In this document: positions 59,442 to 61,643 of the stretch, piece by piece
Layout of the letters: each line of letters begins with the position of its first letter
Position numbering within the stretch: position 1 is the first letter of the stretch
Source of the DNA: a virus
IMG/VR virus record: IMGVR_UViG_3300010403_000005
Span: 1 to 61,643 of that record
Reading direction: 5' to 3' (one strand)
DNA length: 61,643 nt
Notes under the pieces: model-generated
What the model was told of the DNA's origin: nothing
The model's input: the letters and a program-made list of their open reading frames with translations, nothing else
The model's database searches: none
Translations under genes and position numbers: made by a program

Positions 59442-59888
59442 CTACTCCCCTTCGGAAAGCTGCGCTGGTTGACCTTCAAGGACTCGTTTGAGATCGATAC
59501 GCCGGGCAATGCGGATAGCCATGAATGCCCGGCTTTCAAGGATGACTGATTCGAGGTACTTAGCTTGCCCTACTTGGTGGAACGCGTCAAGGTCTTCATG
59601 CACAAAAATCGCGTACGGGGCGGACGTGCCACCGGCCGCGATCAGCGTGTACACCCGGCTGCCCTGCCGGATAGGCTTCAGCACGCGTACGCTGGCCCGC
59701 AGCGCACCGGGTACGACGCCCAGCGGCACCCGGCGAGAGCTGTTCCAGACCGGGGTACGCCGCTTCACCTCAGTGGCCTCGATCTGCGACTCCTTGTAGA
59801 GAGCAGCAGCTACCTCGTCCGGAAAGGCACGAGCCACCCGCTTCAGGGCGAGCTTGAACTGGGCCGCCCCATTGAGCTTGGCAGGCAC
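59442..59888 (-). CDS. HK97 gp10-family head-tail joining protein
   Basis: 148 aa, with RTPVWNSSRRVPLGVVPGALRASV...YAIFVHED. Confidence 0.6.
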   Translation of the reverse strand: MPAKLNGAAQFKLALKRVARAFPDEVAAALYKESQIEATEVKRRTPVWNSSRRVPLGVVPGALRASVRVLKPIRQGSRVYTLIAAGGTSAPYAIFVHEDLDAFHQVGQAKYLESVILESRAFMAIRIARRIDLKRVLEGQPAQLSEGE

Positions 59889-59891
59889 AAC

Positions 59892-60686
59892 TTACTCCAG
59901 CTTCGGTCGGATCACCTTCTCAGCCTTCGTCCAGTCCACCATCTGCTGTTCGAGCGCGGGAGGCAGAGGCATCCCGGCCTGCCGCCACCACGGAAAGCGG
60001 TTGGCCCGGACCATCAGAGCTTGCGAGTCCAGCGTGTCGATCTTCAGCACCTTCTGCGGTGCGTCCTCCGGCCAGACGACGTCTACCTTCTCCGCAGGGA
60101 ACGGCTGCCCGGTCAGGAGACTCTCGTAGTGCGCTGCGAGTTCCCTCCGCTCTTCCTTGGTCTTGGCGAGGAATGCGTGGTGCTCGAAGTGCACCGGGGC
60201 TCGGTACGCAGGATGCGGCTGGCCTGCGTGCAGCGTCGGAGGCCGGAACGATTTCTCACGAGTCGTGAGCCTACCCTGAAAATCAGGGAAGAACGGCTGC
60301 GTCGTGATGACGTGATCACGGTCCGGCCAGACGTGAAAGCGCGGGAAGAACCACGAGTCGCGCTCACGGTAGGCACCCGAGCGCAACCACTCGATCATCT
60401 CGGCTGACGCTCGCTCGTCGTCGTCCAGCCGCAGGATGTAGTCGCCCGTGCACAGCTCCAGCACCGGGTTCAACATCTCTTCGATGAACCGCCCCTCGAC
60501 GGTCATCGACCGGAACGGACGGTGCTCCGCGAACCAGTCCGCGAACTCCAGCGCATCGATCCCGTGCAGACCGAGCACGAGTTCTGCACCGAGTGACTCG
60601 GCCACGTCTCTCATCTCCATCAGGAACGGCTTCGCGTACTCGGCGGCCTTGGTGACGCAGCAGATGCTCAGGTCCATGTGGTCCAT
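59892..60686 (-). CDS. GT2-like (GT-A fold) glycosyltransferase
   Basis: MDLSICCVTK... and the DxD-type motif YILRLDDDE. The start is ATG 60686 or 60677. Confidence 0.6.
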   Translation of the reverse strand: MDHMDLSICCVTKAAEYAKPFLMEMRDVAESLGAELVLGLHGIDALEFADWFAEHRPFRSMTVEGRFIEEMLNPVLELCTGDYILRLDDDERASAEMIEWLRSGAYRERDSWFFPRFHVWPDRDHVITTQPFFPDFQGRLTTREKSFRPPTLHAGQPHPAYRAPVHFEHHAFLAKTKEERRELAAHYESLLTGQPFPAEKVDVVWPEDAPQKVLKIDTLDSQALMVRANRFPWWRQAGMPLPPALEQQMVDWTKAEKVIRPKLE

Positions 60687-60693
60687 CCCCTTA

Positions 60694-61368
60694 TTATACC
60701 CGGAGCAGCGTGTTTTCGAGTAGCACATCTTCGTTGAAGAGTTGCACCACGCGGAAGTCTGGCAGCAGGCTCTGGATCTGCCGGAGGCCGATCTGGCCCT
60801 CGTAAAGTTCGCTGTCGCTCCACTCCGTGTAGAAGAAGCGCGTGCGCTTCAGAGTCTCGAGTCCGCCAAGGATCAGGTCTTCCTCGGCTCCCTGCACGTC
60901 GGCCCACAGGAAGTCCACGCGCTCGATGTCGCGGGTGGCCGACCACGTATCGAGCCGGACGATGGAGACCTTGACCGGCTCTCCGAACAGGCACCACGGG
61001 TGGTGTCGAAGGTGGTTCTTCGGCCTCCGGATCGACCCGGAGAGATCCCAACCGCCCGGTAGACGAGCGGCCACTCGCTCGGCCTCTTCCTTCGGCAACG
61101 GAGCTGGCAGGCCCATGCTTGGGTAAAACTGGCGAGTGCCGTTTTCTGCTCCTACGGCCGCTGGGTATAGCTTGACGCGAGCATCGCTGACGGACGCGAG
61201 GAACCGATCAGCGGCTCTCGTGTCCGGTTCGAAGCAGTGCATCTCGCAGCTGGGGAACGCATCGAGGAACTTGAGCGTGTCCGTGCCGTCGTTGCACCCG
61301 ACCTCCACGATGACCGGTCGCGAGGTGTCGTTGAGTAGCTGTTGAATGTCCGAGATGCGGATGCTCAT
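60694..61368 (-). CDS. FkbM-family SAM-dependent methyltransferase
   Basis: VIVEVGCNDGTDTLKF...HCFEPD...VDFLWADVQGAEEDLILGG. Confidence 0.75.
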   Translation of the reverse strand: MSIRISDIQQLLNDTSRPVIVEVGCNDGTDTLKFLDAFPSCEMHCFEPDTRAADRFLASVSDARVKLYPAAVGAENGTRQFYPSMGLPAPLPKEEAERVAARLPGGWDLSGSIRRPKNHLRHHPWCLFGEPVKVSIVRLDTWSATRDIERVDFLWADVQGAEEDLILGGLETLKRTRFFYTEWSDSELYEGQIGLRQIQSLLPDFRVVQLFNEDVLLENTLLRV

Positions 61369-61643
61369 GCCTCGATCTCCTCCGCGAATCTACGCGCCAC
61401 GTTGTCCCACTGGAAGCGTGGCTCGGTGGCACGAGCTAGCGCACGAGCACCCCAGTCAGCGGCTGCGTCATACGAGTCCGGAGCCGTGCCTCGCACGTAA
61501 TAGATCTTGTCGAGGGCGTACAGCATCGCATCCTTGCTCGGTACACTGCCCAGCATGTTGCGTACGTCCGGCATGACACCTTCCGAGATGCAGGGCACGA
61601 GCATGATCGCGTCCTTGCCCCACTCGCCCAGCGCTGCGTAGTC
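61365..61643 (-). CDS. 3' end of the GT4 glycosyltransferase (the same gene as 1-1023 across the circular junction)
   Basis: The frame is open to the window edge. ...MLVPCISEGVMPDVRNMLGSVPSKDAMLYALDKIYY...FAEEIEA. Bases 61521-61643 duplicate 1-123. Confidence 0.85.
   Translation of the reverse strand, partial: DYAALGEWGKDAIMLVPCISEGVMPDVRNMLGSVPSKDAMLYALDKIYYVRGTAPDSYDAAADWGARALARATEPRFQWDNVARRFAEEIEA
61521..61643. repeat. Terminal direct repeat, copy 2
   Basis: Identical to bases 1-123. Confidence 0.95.

Overview
The window is a complete, circularly closed genome of a high-GC tailed phage with a long non-contractile (sipho-type) tail. Bases 1-123 are identical to 61521-61643, giving a unique length of 61,520 bp.

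Layout:
- One very long minus-strand transcription unit holds the early and replication genes (39989 down to 13645). It encodes a family-A DNA polymerase, DnaQ-like exonuclease, SNF2 helicase, PrimPol plus D5/P4-type helicase, two VRR-NUC-like nucleases, an N6/N4 DNA methyltransferase, an Rnl-type ligase plus P-loop kinase, an HD hydrolase, a cold-shock protein and two HNH endonucleases.
- Next come the packaging, head, tail and lysis genes (13519 down to 1, wrapping to 61643 and running down to 47676). They include terS-like, terL, a DUF1073-type portal, a MuF-like protein, a DUF2213-type protease/scaffold, an encapsulin-like HK97-fold capsid protein, connectors, G/GT chaperones, tape measure, a 1219-aa fibre, a GH24 lysozyme and others.
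- A plus-strand operon of 19 small ORFans runs from 40209 to 45544.
- A small accessory island at 45556-47601 carries a full-length tmRNA gene.
- A tRNA-Arg(UCU) lies at 28498-28574.

I found no CRISPR array, rRNA, integrase or transposase.

Most notable observations:
1. Six intergenic matches to the sigma-54 (-24 GG / -12 GC) promoter consensus sit at operon starts. Three of them lie exactly 13 nt upstream of the first ATG, and I recognised no enhancer-binding activator gene.
2. A four-gene glycosylation/methylation cassette (GT2, FkbM methyltransferase, GT4, minimal GT11) is inserted between the head-completion and tail genes.
3. A tail-tube-family gene sits in the head module, and a circularly permuted, Tat-signal-bearing paralog of it sits among the early genes.
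4. A cluster of four membrane proteins includes a protein with an inner-membrane anchor and an outer-membrane-barrel-like C-terminus.
5. The genome encodes a tmRNA and two tRNA-like minihelix elements.
6. A strongly codon-biased ORF is nested inside a larger HExxH ORF.
7. A 720-bp structured non-coding gap separates terS from terL.

All functional calls rest on motif recognition by eye from the translations. No database search or RNA-folding program was run.
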